DNA from: Candidatus Velthaea sp.
GTDB taxonomy: Bacteria > Vulcanimicrobiota > Vulcanimicrobiia > Vulcanimicrobiales > Vulcanimicrobiaceae
Assembly (NCBI GenBank): GCA_050012475.1
Contig: JBEKHC010000020.1
Location: forward strand, 1 to 59,493
DNA length: 59,493 bases
Reading direction: 5' to 3'
Below, piece by piece: positions 8,861 through 17,546 of this stretch (positions are counted from its first letter, which is position 1; every line of letters begins with the position of its first letter). Under the pieces are notes generated by a model, which saw nothing but the letters and a program-made list of their open reading frames with translations, was not told the origin of the DNA and ran no database searches. The position numbers were made by a program, and so were the translations under genes.

Positions 8861-9880
8861 TCAAAACAGCGCGAGCTGTTGGTTTTCCTCGAGATATTCG
8901 GCGTCGATACCCATCCGGCGCAGGCGCCACACGAAATCCCGCCAGCCGTGGTTGAGCAGCACTTTGCGGGGCGCCGCCAATTCGAGGTAGCGCAGCAGCG
9001 CGGGGAAATCGGCATGATCGCTAAGCGCGAAGGCCGCGTCGGCGCCGTACTGGAAGGTCGCGCCGCGATTGAGCGCCCAGCCGGTGAGCACCGCGCTGCG
9101 CGTCGGTTTCCCGCGCAGGGCCGCCGGCAGTGCTTTCCCGCTCGGCGGCCAGATCAGGGCGCTCGTCCCGGCATACGTTTGCGCGTCGTATTTTGCGTAC
9201 GGCGGCAGCCGCACGCCGCAGGCCTCGTAGACGCGCGCCATGTTGTAGACGGCGCCGTGCGCGGTAAGCGCAATCCCCGCTTTGCCCAGGATCGCCATCG
9301 CCTCTTGCGCCTTGCCCAGCGAGTACGCATAGAACACCGGCGTGCAGCCGTCGGCCAGCGCGTTGGCGGCGAAGTCGATCATCGCGTCTTCGACTTCGTC
9401 GCGCGACGGAAACACGTACTGCGGGCGGCCGTAGGTGCACTCCATGAGCAGTACGTCGCATACCTTGACCTCGGCCGGCTCGCACGTGTAGGCGCGGCCC
9501 AGCTTGAAGTCGCCGGTGTACACGAAGCGCCCGTGCTCGCCTTCGATCATGAGCTGCGCGCTGCCCAGCACGTGCCCGGCGGAGAACAGCGTGAGCCGGT
9601 GCTCACCTTCGATCCAGGGCTCGTTATAGCCGTACGTTTCGTACTCGACTTCGCGCGGCTCGGCAGCCGGCAGCAGGGGTTGGTTCCCTTGCGGACGACC
9701 TTTAGGGCCGAGACGGAGCTTACACACGGCGGCATTGTGCGGGGTGGTGACGATCGTGTCGTGAATCCGCGCGTGATCGCTGTGCCCGTGAGAGACGTAG
9801 CAGCGCGATCGCGAGCGCATCGAGTCGACCCACAAGTCGAGGGCCGCGACGTAGATGGACTTCTCGGCGAGTGAAAACAT
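8861..9880 (-). CDS. MBL-fold/beta-CASP exonuclease (ligase-associated DNA damage response)
   Basis: SHGHSDH, AGHVLGSA, YTGDF, ECTYG, YSLGKAQ, LSDHADF; C-terminal QLALF resembles a beta-clamp-binding motif. Confidence 0.88.
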   Translation of the reverse strand: MFSLAEKSIYVAALDLWVDSMRSRSRCYVSHGHSDHARIHDTIVTTPHNAAVCKLRLGPKGRPQGNQPLLPAAEPREVEYETYGYNEPWIEGEHRLTLFSAGHVLGSAQLMIEGEHGRFVYTGDFKLGRAYTCEPAEVKVCDVLLMECTYGRPQYVFPSRDEVEDAMIDFAANALADGCTPVFYAYSLGKAQEAMAILGKAGIALTAHGAVYNMARVYEACGVRLPPYAKYDAQTYAGTSALIWPPSGKALPAALRGKPTRSAVLTGWALNRGATFQYGADAAFALSDHADFPALLRYLELAAPRKVLLNHGWRDFVWRLRRMGIDAEYLEENQQLALF

Positions 9881-9886
9881 TGCGGG

Positions 9887-9900
9887 CGAACACCCGTTCG
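9887..9900. promoter_or_regulatory. LexA (SOS/Cheo-type) operator
   Basis: CGAACACCCGTTCG, 6 nt upstream of the exonuclease ATG (9880). Confidence 0.75.
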
Positions 9901-10044
9901 AGGTCATAGCTCTGCACCCTTCGGTGCTTGTCGCAGGTTTGAGGTTTTCGTTATGCATCGATGTCGACGCCACACGTAGCTCCTGCACCCGCCGCGGCCG
10001 CCGGCCGCCTTCCCTTTTTCACGCATGCATCGTAAGGAGTAACC

Positions 10045-11007
10045 GTGGCCCGAATTTATGACTCGATCACCGATACGTTCGGCAACACCCCCCTGGTGCG
10101 GATCCCGCGCCTCAACAAAGGCCTCGGCGGCCAGATCCTCGTCAAACTCGAATCGTTCAACCCGGCCGGCAGCGTGAAAGACCGCATCGGGGTAGCGATG
10201 ATCGAAGCGGCCGAGCGCGATGGACGTTTGCGCCCCGATACCGTCATCATCGAGCCGACCTCGGGAAATACCGGGATCGCGCTGGCCTTCGTGGCTGCCG
10301 CCAAAGGCTATCCGCTGATCCTCACGATGCCCGAAACGATGACCATCGAACGGCGCAATCTGCTCAAGGCCTACGGCGCGCAACTCATCCTCACGCCGGG
10401 CGCTGAGGGCATGAAGGGCGCGATCGCCAAGGCCAAAGAGATTCACGATAGCGACCCCGGCAAATACTTCATGCCGCAGCAGTTCGAGAACCCCGCCAAC
10501 CCCGAGATCCACCGCCGCACGACGGCGGAGGAGATTTGGCGCGATACCGATGGGCAGGTCGATGTCTTCATTGCCGGCGTCGGCACCGGCGGCACGGTCA
10601 CCGGCGTCGGCCAGGTGCTCAAGGAACGCAAACCGGGCGTCACGATCATCACCGTCGAGCCCGACACCTCGACGCTGCTCTCGGGCGGCAAAGCCGGACC
10701 ACACAAACTGCAGGGGTTTGCGCCCGGATTCGTTCCGCCGGTACTGGACACCAACGTCTATAGCGAAGTGATCCAGGCGTCGTTCGATGATTCGATCGCC
10801 GTCTCGCGGCGGCTCGCGCGTGAGGAAGGCATTCTGGTCGGCATTTCCACCGGGTCGAACGTCTGGGCCGCGCTGCAGGTCGCGGCACGCCCGGAATTCG
10901 CCGGGAAAACGATCGTGGTGATCGGATGCGACACCGGCGAGCGGTATCTGTCCAGTCCGCTGTTTGCCGACCTGGAAGCCAACGTCTTCGAGACCGCGCT
11001 GACCTAA
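10045..11007 (+). CDS. cysK: Cysteine synthase A
   Basis: [22 protein letters not shown] (PLP lysine), [32 protein letters not shown]. Confidence 0.96.
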   Translation: MARIYDSITDTFGNTPLVRIPRLNKGLGGQILVKLESFNPAGSVKDRIGVAMIEAAERDGRLRPDTVIIEPTSGNTGIALAFVAAAKGYPLILTMPETMTIERRNLLKAYGAQLILTPGAEGMKGAIAKAKEIHDSDPGKYFMPQQFENPANPEIHRRTTAEEIWRDTDGQVDVFIAGVGTGGTVTGVGQVLKERKPGVTIITVEPDTSTLLSGGKAGPHKLQGFAPGFVPPVLDTNVYSEVIQASFDDSIAVSRRLAREEGILVGISTGSNVWAALQVAARPEFAGKTIVVIGCDTGERYLSSPLFADLEANVFETALT

Positions 11008-11141
11008 CAAGGATTCGCGGCGCTGAACGCGCCGGGAATCCATGCGGCTTGGCGCTTCGCGCCAAGCCACGCGTGGTATCTTGCCGCGCCCGCAGCCGCC
11101 TTGTCGTCCGACCCCTAATCGGGGCCGAGCCGCGCGTCTCA

Positions 11142-11226
11142 GGCTTGGGCGAAGCCGCCGAGGATCTTCATGCGTGCTTTTTGGGCTCGGCGTTGAGGGG
11201 GCCAACCGCGACGGGTTCGGCGAAGC
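11142..11226. repeat. Hairpin-type intergenic repeat, family B copy 1
   Basis: GGCTTGGGCGAAGCC (11142-11156) is identical to 40133-40147, with a complementary GGGTTCG-CGA arm downstream in both. Confidence 0.45.
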
Positions 11227-11235
11227 CGAAGTGCG

Positions 11236-12249
11236 ATGCTATCCGGAGTGCCGTTTGTCGGCGTTCGCCGCGGTCTGCGGTTGGAATCGGTCCACGCGGT
11301 CGCCGCGTGCGGCTGCGATGTCGATGGGAACGTGCTGCTGGCGCTAGGCACGATCGACGAGCCAGTGTTCTTGCGTTCGGCCGCTAAGCCGTTCATTACG
11401 GCAGCGGGCGTCCGCGCGGGAATCGTCGAGCGCTTCGGCTTCGACGATCGAGAACTGGCGGTGATGTCGGCCTCGCACAACGGCGAGCCCTACCACATCG
11501 ATGCGGTGCGCGACATTCTGGCGAAGATCGGCGCCACGGTCGACGACTTGCGCTGCGGCGCGCATGCGCCGTCCTATCCGCCCGCCGCGCGAGCCCTGGC
11601 CGCCGCAGGCGAGCCTCCGACGGCGCTGCACAATAACTGTTCTGGCAAGCACGCCGGGATTCTCGCGCTCGCGCTGCAGTTAGGCGCCCCGTTCGAGGGC
11701 TATCTCGAACTCGAGCATCCCGCGCAGCGCGAGATTTTGGCGTTGTGCGAACGTGTCAGTGACGATACCTTCGGAGCAGACAAGCTGGCCGTTGACGGGT
11801 GCGGCATTCCGACGTACGCGACGTCGTTGCGCAAGGCGGCGCGATCGTTCGCGCGCTTGGCGTCCCTGACCGACCTCGATCCCGCCGATGCGGCGGCGCT
11901 CGCACGCGTGCGCGCGGCGATGGTCGCCGAACCCGATTACGTGGCGGGGACCAAGCGCTTCGACACGGATGTGATGCGCGCCGGGAACGGCCGCATCGTT
12001 GCTAAGATCGGTGCCGAGGCGGTACACGCAACTGCGCTGCTCGACGGCGGAGTCGGCGTCGTGCTCAAAATCGTCGACGGCGCGCAGCGCGCGGTAGCGC
12101 CGGCCGCGCTCGCGCTCTTGTATCAACTCGGAGCGCTCGATGACGATCAAATGACGGCGCTCGACGCGCATGCCTTCGCGCGGGTTGCGAACCGAGCAGG
12201 CAAGATCGTCGGCGACATTGCGGTGCTCGACGCGAACGACGTGCGTTAG
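11236..12249 (+). CDS. L-asparaginase II (Rhizobium AnsA type)
   Basis: RSAAKPF, ASHNGE, HNNCSGKHAG, DGCG, AKIGAEAV motifs. Confidence 0.88.
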   Translation: MLSGVPFVGVRRGLRLESVHAVAACGCDVDGNVLLALGTIDEPVFLRSAAKPFITAAGVRAGIVERFGFDDRELAVMSASHNGEPYHIDAVRDILAKIGATVDDLRCGAHAPSYPPAARALAAAGEPPTALHNNCSGKHAGILALALQLGAPFEGYLELEHPAQREILALCERVSDDTFGADKLAVDGCGIPTYATSLRKAARSFARLASLTDLDPADAAALARVRAAMVAEPDYVAGTKRFDTDVMRAGNGRIVAKIGAEAVHATALLDGGVGVVLKIVDGAQRAVAPAALALLYQLGALDDDQMTALDAHAFARVANRAGKIVGDIAVLDANDVR

Positions 12250-12695
12250 CCCGACCCGCCTTCGCGTTGGTCGGCAGCGTTTTCGAGCACGCGCTCGAGA
12301 ATCTGTTGCAAGGCGCGCTTGTCGGCATCGGAAAGTGCGGCGATCGCCGGCGGCGGCTGGCTAAAGCTGTCGTCGATCTTGCGGCGCAAGCGCTTGCCGG
12401 CCGTGGTGAGCACGACGCATTTCAATCGCCGGTCTCGCTCGGACGGCCGGCGCTCGACCAAGCCGCGCGCTTCGAGCCGATCGATGATGCCCGTTGCATT
12501 CGATGCATCGCACCACATTTCGGACGCGAGTTCTTTCATCGTGACCGAACCGCTGACGGGAATCTCGTGCAACGCCTTGGCCAATTGCGGCGTGAGGCCG
12601 AGATCCTCGCTGATCTGATTCATCCAGTACTTTTGGGAGCTGAGAACATCGATGAATGTTCCCCAGACGCCTCCCCGATGCTTGACATCTACCAT
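12246..12695 (-). CDS. MarR family transcriptional regulator
   Basis: LTPQLAKAL, DASNATGIIDRLEARGLVERRPSERDRR, LTTAG. Confidence 0.92.
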   Translation of the reverse strand: MVDVKHRGGVWGTFIDVLSSQKYWMNQISEDLGLTPQLAKALHEIPVSGSVTMKELASEMWCDASNATGIIDRLEARGLVERRPSERDRRLKCVVLTTAGKRLRRKIDDSFSQPPPAIAALSDADKRALQQILERVLENAADQREGGSG

Positions 12696-12711
12696 CTTTT
12701 ATAAGTATAAC
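12682..12711 (+). promoter_or_regulatory. Sigma70-type promoter of the ECF-RND operon overlapping a candidate MarR operator
   Basis: TTGACA-N18-TATAAC; inverted repeat TTATA-AG-TATAA (12699-12710) in the 27-bp divergent gap. Confidence 0.5.
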
Positions 12712-12722
12712 CGATTTACTTC

Positions 12723-13259
12723 ATGAATACCAGTATTGCGGCCGGTTCGGATATCGAACTTTGGTACGCGCGCTACGCTGGGCGGTTGCGGCGGGCGACC
12801 CGCCGCATCCTCGGCAACGAGTACGATGCCGAGGATGCGACGCAGGATGCGTTCCTCGCGGCGTTTCGCGCGCACGACCGATACCGGGCCGACACCGATC
12901 CCTACCCGTGGCTGTTCCGCATCGCCACCCGCAAGGCGCTGACCATCGCTGCCGGACATCGTCCGCGCCTCGACATCGAGCCGGCTCTCGCCGCGCTCGC
13001 CGTGCCATCGGCCGAAGACGAAGCGCTCGCGATCGACGAGTCGCGGCGCGTCGTTTCGCTGGTCGCGACCGAAGTGCCCGTGGCCTTGCACTTGATCGAA
13101 GGGCTGCGCTTCCGTGACGTCAGCGAGCGGCTGGGCATCCCCGCCGCCACGGCCGCAACGCGTATCCGGCGCGGCAAGCGGCGCCTGCGCGCGCTGCTCG
13201 ATGCAAGTTTCGCGCCGCAAGCAACTCCCCAACATGTCTTGAGGTCCAAACCAGCGTGA
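12723..13259 (+). CDS. ECF RNA polymerase sigma factor
   Basis: Region 2 DAEDATQDAFLAAF...PWLFRIA; region 4 EGLRFRDVSERLGIPAATAATRIRRGK. Confidence 0.85.
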   Translation: MNTSIAAGSDIELWYARYAGRLRRATRRILGNEYDAEDATQDAFLAAFRAHDRYRADTDPYPWLFRIATRKALTIAAGHRPRLDIEPALAALAVPSAEDEALAIDESRRVVSLVATEVPVALHLIEGLRFRDVSERLGIPAATAATRIRRGKRRLRALLDASFAPQATPQHVLRSKPA

Positions 13260-16200
13260 TCGAGTTCTTTTTAAAACGGCCGATATTCGCATCGGTCTGC
13301 TCGCTGATCATCTTGCTCCTCGGGCTCGTGTCCATCCCGCTGCTGCCGATCGCCCAGTTTCCGGTAGTCGCGCCGCCGACGGTGACCGTTTCGGCGACCT
13401 ATACCGGCGCCAGCGCTCAGGCGGTGGAAGCGTCGGTTACGACGCCGCTCGAGCAATCGATCAACGGTATCCAAGGGTTGCGCTACATGAGCTCGGCGTC
13501 CGGTAACGACGGGAGCAGTCAGATCACGTGCGTGTTCGAACTGGACCGCAACCTCGACCAGGCCGCAACCGACGTTCAAAATGCGGTGAATCTCGCCAAC
13601 GGCCGGCTGCCCAACGAAGTCAAACAGACCGGCGTCACCGTCGACAAGAACTCGGCCTCGAGCTTCGTCATGGCGTTGGGCATGCTCACCGACGGCAAAA
13701 TTTCGGCGGTCGATCTCAGCAATTTCGTCGATCTGAACGTCGCGAACGAGTTGCGCCGAATCAACGGCGTCGGCAACGTGGTCGTGTTCGGGGCGCGGAA
13801 GTACGCCATGCGGCTGTGGGTCGACCCCAAGAAGATGGCCGATAACGGGGTCAGCGCGAGCGACGTCGTGTCGGCGCTGGAAGAACAGAACGTGCAGGTC
13901 GCGTCCGGCGCGCTCGGCGCCGCGCCGACCACGGGACACAACCCGTACTATATTTCGGTCCGCGCGACGGGGCGGTTGACCACACCCACCGAGTTTGCGA
14001 ACATCATTCTCAAGACGAATCCGGACGGCGGATTCGTGCGTGTTGCCGACGTGGGCCGAACCGAACTGGGCGCGGAGGATTACTCGACGGATCTGCGTTT
14101 CGACCGCGAATCCTCGGTTGGAATCGGGATCCAGCAGTTGCCAAACGCCAACGCACTGCAAATATCACACGATGTCAAGGCCACCCTCGAACGTCTGCAA
14201 CCGAGTTTCCCCCCGGGCGTGAAGTATTCGATCGCGTTCGACGCGACCGATTTCGTGCGCGATTCGATCCGCGACGTCACCACGACGTTGATCATCGCGA
14301 TCTTCCTGGTCGTGCTGGTCATCTACCTCTTCCTGCAAGATTGGCGCACGACGCTCATCCCCTCGATCACGATTCCGATCTCGCTCATCGGCACGTTCGC
14401 ACTGATGAAATTGCTCGGCTTCTCGATCAACACGCTGACCCTATTCGGGCTGACACTCGCGACGGGTCTGGTGGTCGACGACGCGATCGTCGTGATCGAG
14501 AACATTGCGCGCTTCATACAAGAGAAGAAGATGCCCCCGCATCAGGCTGCGCTCGAAGCGATGCGCGAAATCAGCGGCGCGGTCGTGGCCACATCGTTGG
14601 TGCTGCTGTCGGTCTTCATCCCGGTCGGCTTTTTCCCGGGGACGACCGGCCAACTCTACAAGCAGTTCGCGCTGACGATCGCGATTTCGATCTCGATCTC
14701 GTTGTTCAACGCACTCACGCTCACGCCGGTCCTTTCATCGCTGCTCTTGGGACACGTCGAGAAACCGAAAGGCCGGTTTTTCCGCGGCGTCAATCGCGCG
14801 ATCAACGGAACGCGGCGGCGTTACGACCGCATCCTGCCGGGTTTCATCAAACGCTGGCCGATCATCCTCGTCTTGTTCGTGGTGGCGCTGGCTTCGACGG
14901 CGTTCATGTTCAATTCGACGCCGACGGGTTTCGTGCCGGATGAGGATCAAGGGTTCATCATCGTATCCTCGCAAGCGCCCGAGGGCACGTCGGCCGATAC
15001 GATGCTCGTCGTCCGCAAGAAGATCGAAGACGTGCTCTTCAAACAGCCTGAAGTTACGGACGTCTTCGACGTCGGCGGCTTCGGCTTCACGGGGAACGGC
15101 CCCAACCAAGTGCTCATGTTTGCGCGCCTCGTCCCGCTTGCCCAGCGGGGCGGCGGACCGCACGGCGCGGGCGCGCTCGTCGGCCGCTTATACGGTTTGC
15201 TGGGCGCGGTTCCCGGTACGTCGACCTTTCCGGTCAATCCGCCCGCGATTCAAGGGATCGGATTCCAGGGCGGCATCAGCTTCGAGCTAGAGGATCGCAA
15301 CAACAAGGGCATCTTACCGCTGGCCTACGGAGCGTACGGGATCATGGGCGCGGCCGCAAAAGACCCGGTGCTCTCGCAAGTCTACACGACGTTCGCGGTC
15401 GACAGCCCGCAGCTGGTCGCGCAAGTGGATCGCAACAAGATCAAGGCGCTGGGCCTATCGCTGACCGACGTCTTTACCTCGATGCAGGTGTTCTTGGGCT
15501 CCGAATACGTCAACGACTTCGACTACTTGGATCGCTCGTACCGGGTGTACGTGCAGGCTGATGCGCCGTACCGCGAAACGATCGGGAACCTCGCGCAGAT
15601 CTACGTTCACAATGGCTCGGGCGGCGGCCTGATCCCGATTTCGTCGCTGATGACGCAGACCCAAACGAAGACCGCTCCGGTCATCTCGCACTTCAACTTG
15701 TTCCGATCGGTGGCAATCAACGGTCAGCCAGGGCCCGGTCACGGTTCGGGCGACGCCATCGCCGAGGTGCAGAAGCTTGCTACGATGGTCGCGCCGGGTT
15801 TCGGCTACGAATGGAGCGGCATCTCGCGCGAACAGGTTGAGGGCGGAAGCCAAGCGGCGCTGATCTTCCTGCTCGGCATCGTGTTCACGTACTTGGTGCT
15901 CGCCGCGCAGTACGAGAGCTTCATCGATCCGCTCATCATCCTCTTGAGCGTGCCGATCGCGCTGCTCGGCGCGCTCGGTGCGATCTTCATCCGCAATTTC
16001 TTCTTGGCCGGACTCACGCATACGTTCGAGGTCTCCGACGTGTACGCCCAAGTCGGGTTCGTCATGCTCGTCGGGCTGGCGTCCAAAAACGCGATTCTGA
16101 TCGTCGAGTTTGCCAATCAGCTGCGCTCACAGGGCTACGAAATTCGGGCCGCAGTGGTACGGGCGGCCGAAACCCGCTTGCGCCCGATCTTGATGACGTC

Positions 16201-16456
16201 GATCGCCTTCATCTTGGGCATCTTCCCGCTGGTGGTCGCGACCGGTAACGGCGCGGCCTCACGCAACTCGCTGGGAACCGTCGTGTTCGGCGGCATGCTC
16301 GTGTCGACGATCCTCAATCTGTTCGTCGTGCCGGTGCTGTACGTACTCATCGTGGGCATGGAAGAACGCATCCGTCCGCGACATAAGGTGGATCCCAACG
16401 CGGGGCTCACGACCCTGGACGAGCCGCTCCCGCGCCCGACGCAGACGAGCGTCTAA
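13256..16456 (+). CDS. RND efflux permease (AcrB/HAE1 family)
   Basis: FFLKRPIFA, GLVVDDAIVVIEN, SKNAILIVEFA, RLRPILMTS; 1066 aa. Confidence 0.95.
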   Translation: MIEFFLKRPIFASVCSLIILLLGLVSIPLLPIAQFPVVAPPTVTVSATYTGASAQAVEASVTTPLEQSINGIQGLRYMSSASGNDGSSQITCVFELDRNLDQAATDVQNAVNLANGRLPNEVKQTGVTVDKNSASSFVMALGMLTDGKISAVDLSNFVDLNVANELRRINGVGNVVVFGARKYAMRLWVDPKKMADNGVSASDVVSALEEQNVQVASGALGAAPTTGHNPYYISVRATGRLTTPTEFANIILKTNPDGGFVRVADVGRTELGAEDYSTDLRFDRESSVGIGIQQLPNANALQISHDVKATLERLQPSFPPGVKYSIAFDATDFVRDSIRDVTTTLIIAIFLVVLVIYLFLQDWRTTLIPSITIPISLIGTFALMKLLGFSINTLTLFGLTLATGLVVDDAIVVIENIARFIQEKKMPPHQAALEAMREISGAVVATSLVLLSVFIPVGFFPGTTGQLYKQFALTIAISISISLFNALTLTPVLSSLLLGHVEKPKGRFFRGVNRAINGTRRRYDRILPGFIKRWPIILVLFVVALASTAFMFNSTPTGFVPDEDQGFIIVSSQAPEGTSADTMLVVRKKIEDVLFKQPEVTDVFDVGGFGFTGNGPNQVLMFARLVPLAQRGGGPHGAGALVGRLYGLLGAVPGTSTFPVNPPAIQGIGFQGGISFELEDRNNKGILPLAYGAYGIMGAAAKDPVLSQVYTTFAVDSPQLVAQVDRNKIKALGLSLTDVFTSMQVFLGSEYVNDFDYLDRSYRVYVQADAPYRETIGNLAQIYVHNGSGGGLIPISSLMTQTQTKTAPVISHFNLFRSVAINGQPGPGHGSGDAIAEVQKLATMVAPGFGYEWSGISREQVEGGSQAALIFLLGIVFTYLVLAAQYESFIDPLIILLSVPIALLGALGAIFIRNFFLAGLTHTFEVSDVYAQVGFVMLVGLASKNAILIVEFANQLRSQGYEIRAAVVRAAETRLRPILMTSIAFILGIFPLVVATGNGAASRNSLGTVVFGGMLVSTILNLFVVPVLYVLIVGMEERIRPRHKVDPNAGLTTLDEPLPRPTQTSV

Positions 16457-17379
16457 GTCCGCCGGCGCGCGGACCCGGCGCGGTATTCCGCGATCCAGCC
16501 CGCCGTCGTAAAGTAGCGGCCGCCGCGCACGATCGTGCGCAGGCGGCCGCGCTGCGCGGCCTTCGCAAGGGCGGGATACTCGTCGCCCGCGGCCGCGCGC
16601 AGCGCGACCATCGCGTCGCGCGGTCCGTCGGCCGTCGCGCTGAGCCGATTGCACGCCCGCAGGATGGCGCGCGCGACGAGGTCGGCCAACTGCTCGGGGG
16701 CGTTGGTTTTGGCCAGTGCGAGCGCGCGGGGAAACCGGCTGCGGTCGCGCTGCTCGAAGACCAGCGGCGGGTAGTCGAGACGCCGCAGCATGAGGTTGGC
16801 GGTCAGCCGCGCGGTCCGGCCGTTGGCTCCCTCGAATGGAAGCAGGCGGGCGAACCGGCCTAGGAAGCGGGCGATCCACAACGCTGCCGGCTCGGCTGCC
16901 GGACCGCGGCCGAAGCGGTCGACGAGCGCCGTCATCTCGCGCACGACCATCCACGCCGCAGGCGCGATGACGCCTGCTTCAGCCGCTGGGTTGGCTTGGC
17001 GCCAGGCTCCGCCGCGAACGCCGGTACCCGCAGCGGCGCGGGCGTTGAGTTGGCGGATTTCATCGACCCCGACGAGCGGTCGCGGATCGCCGGGAGAGAC
17101 GGCTCGCGCATCCGCGACCCAGCGAGCCGCGTCGGCGTAGGCCCGGACGAGGACATAGTCGGCGAACTCGCGGTTGCCTTGAGCGCGACCGTGGTCCAGC
17201 AGGGCATCGACCTCGGCCGCCGAGAGGCGGCTTCCGGCCAGGCTCGTGGAGGCAAGGATCTCCGAGCGCCAGATCCGGCGCATTTCGCGCGCGAGCGGAG
17301 CGCGCGGGGGAAGTCGCTGCACCAGCCGTGCGGCGGCGTCTGCTCGGACAAGGAGATGGGGCTTCCGACTCATCGCCAT
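16453..17379 (-). CDS. Fic-domain protein with degenerate active site and C-terminal winged-helix-like domain
   Basis: LLPFEGANGRTARL versus canonical HPFxDGNGRxxR; C-terminal YPALAKAAQRGRLRTIVRGGRYFTTAGWIAEY. Confidence 0.75.
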   Translation of the reverse strand: MAMSRKPHLLVRADAAARLVQRLPPRAPLAREMRRIWRSEILASTSLAGSRLSAAEVDALLDHGRAQGNREFADYVLVRAYADAARWVADARAVSPGDPRPLVGVDEIRQLNARAAAGTGVRGGAWRQANPAAEAGVIAPAAWMVVREMTALVDRFGRGPAAEPAALWIARFLGRFARLLPFEGANGRTARLTANLMLRRLDYPPLVFEQRDRSRFPRALALAKTNAPEQLADLVARAILRACNRLSATADGPRDAMVALRAAAGDEYPALAKAAQRGRLRTIVRGGRYFTTAGWIAEYRAGSARRRT

Positions 17380-17546
17380 GTCTGATTGTACGCACAGAAT
17401 GGAAAATCGGACATCTCTGGGCCCGCATATCCCCACGCCCATGGGCAGCTGCGAAGTCCGCCAGCTGCATGGTCCGATTTATCCGAAAATCGACAAACTG
17501 GACAAACGTACGCGTTATCGGGCCCGGAGCAACCGTACATCCGGAT

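Noticed and set aside
9953..10035. Cys leader peptide upstream of cysK
   Set aside because: The short ORFs have one or no Cys and there is no convincing promoter or terminator arrangement.
17380..17546. SAM/SAH/cobalamin riboswitch upstream of metH
   Set aside because: Only a GCAGCTG/CAGCTGC hairpin is visible; no class consensus is recognisable.
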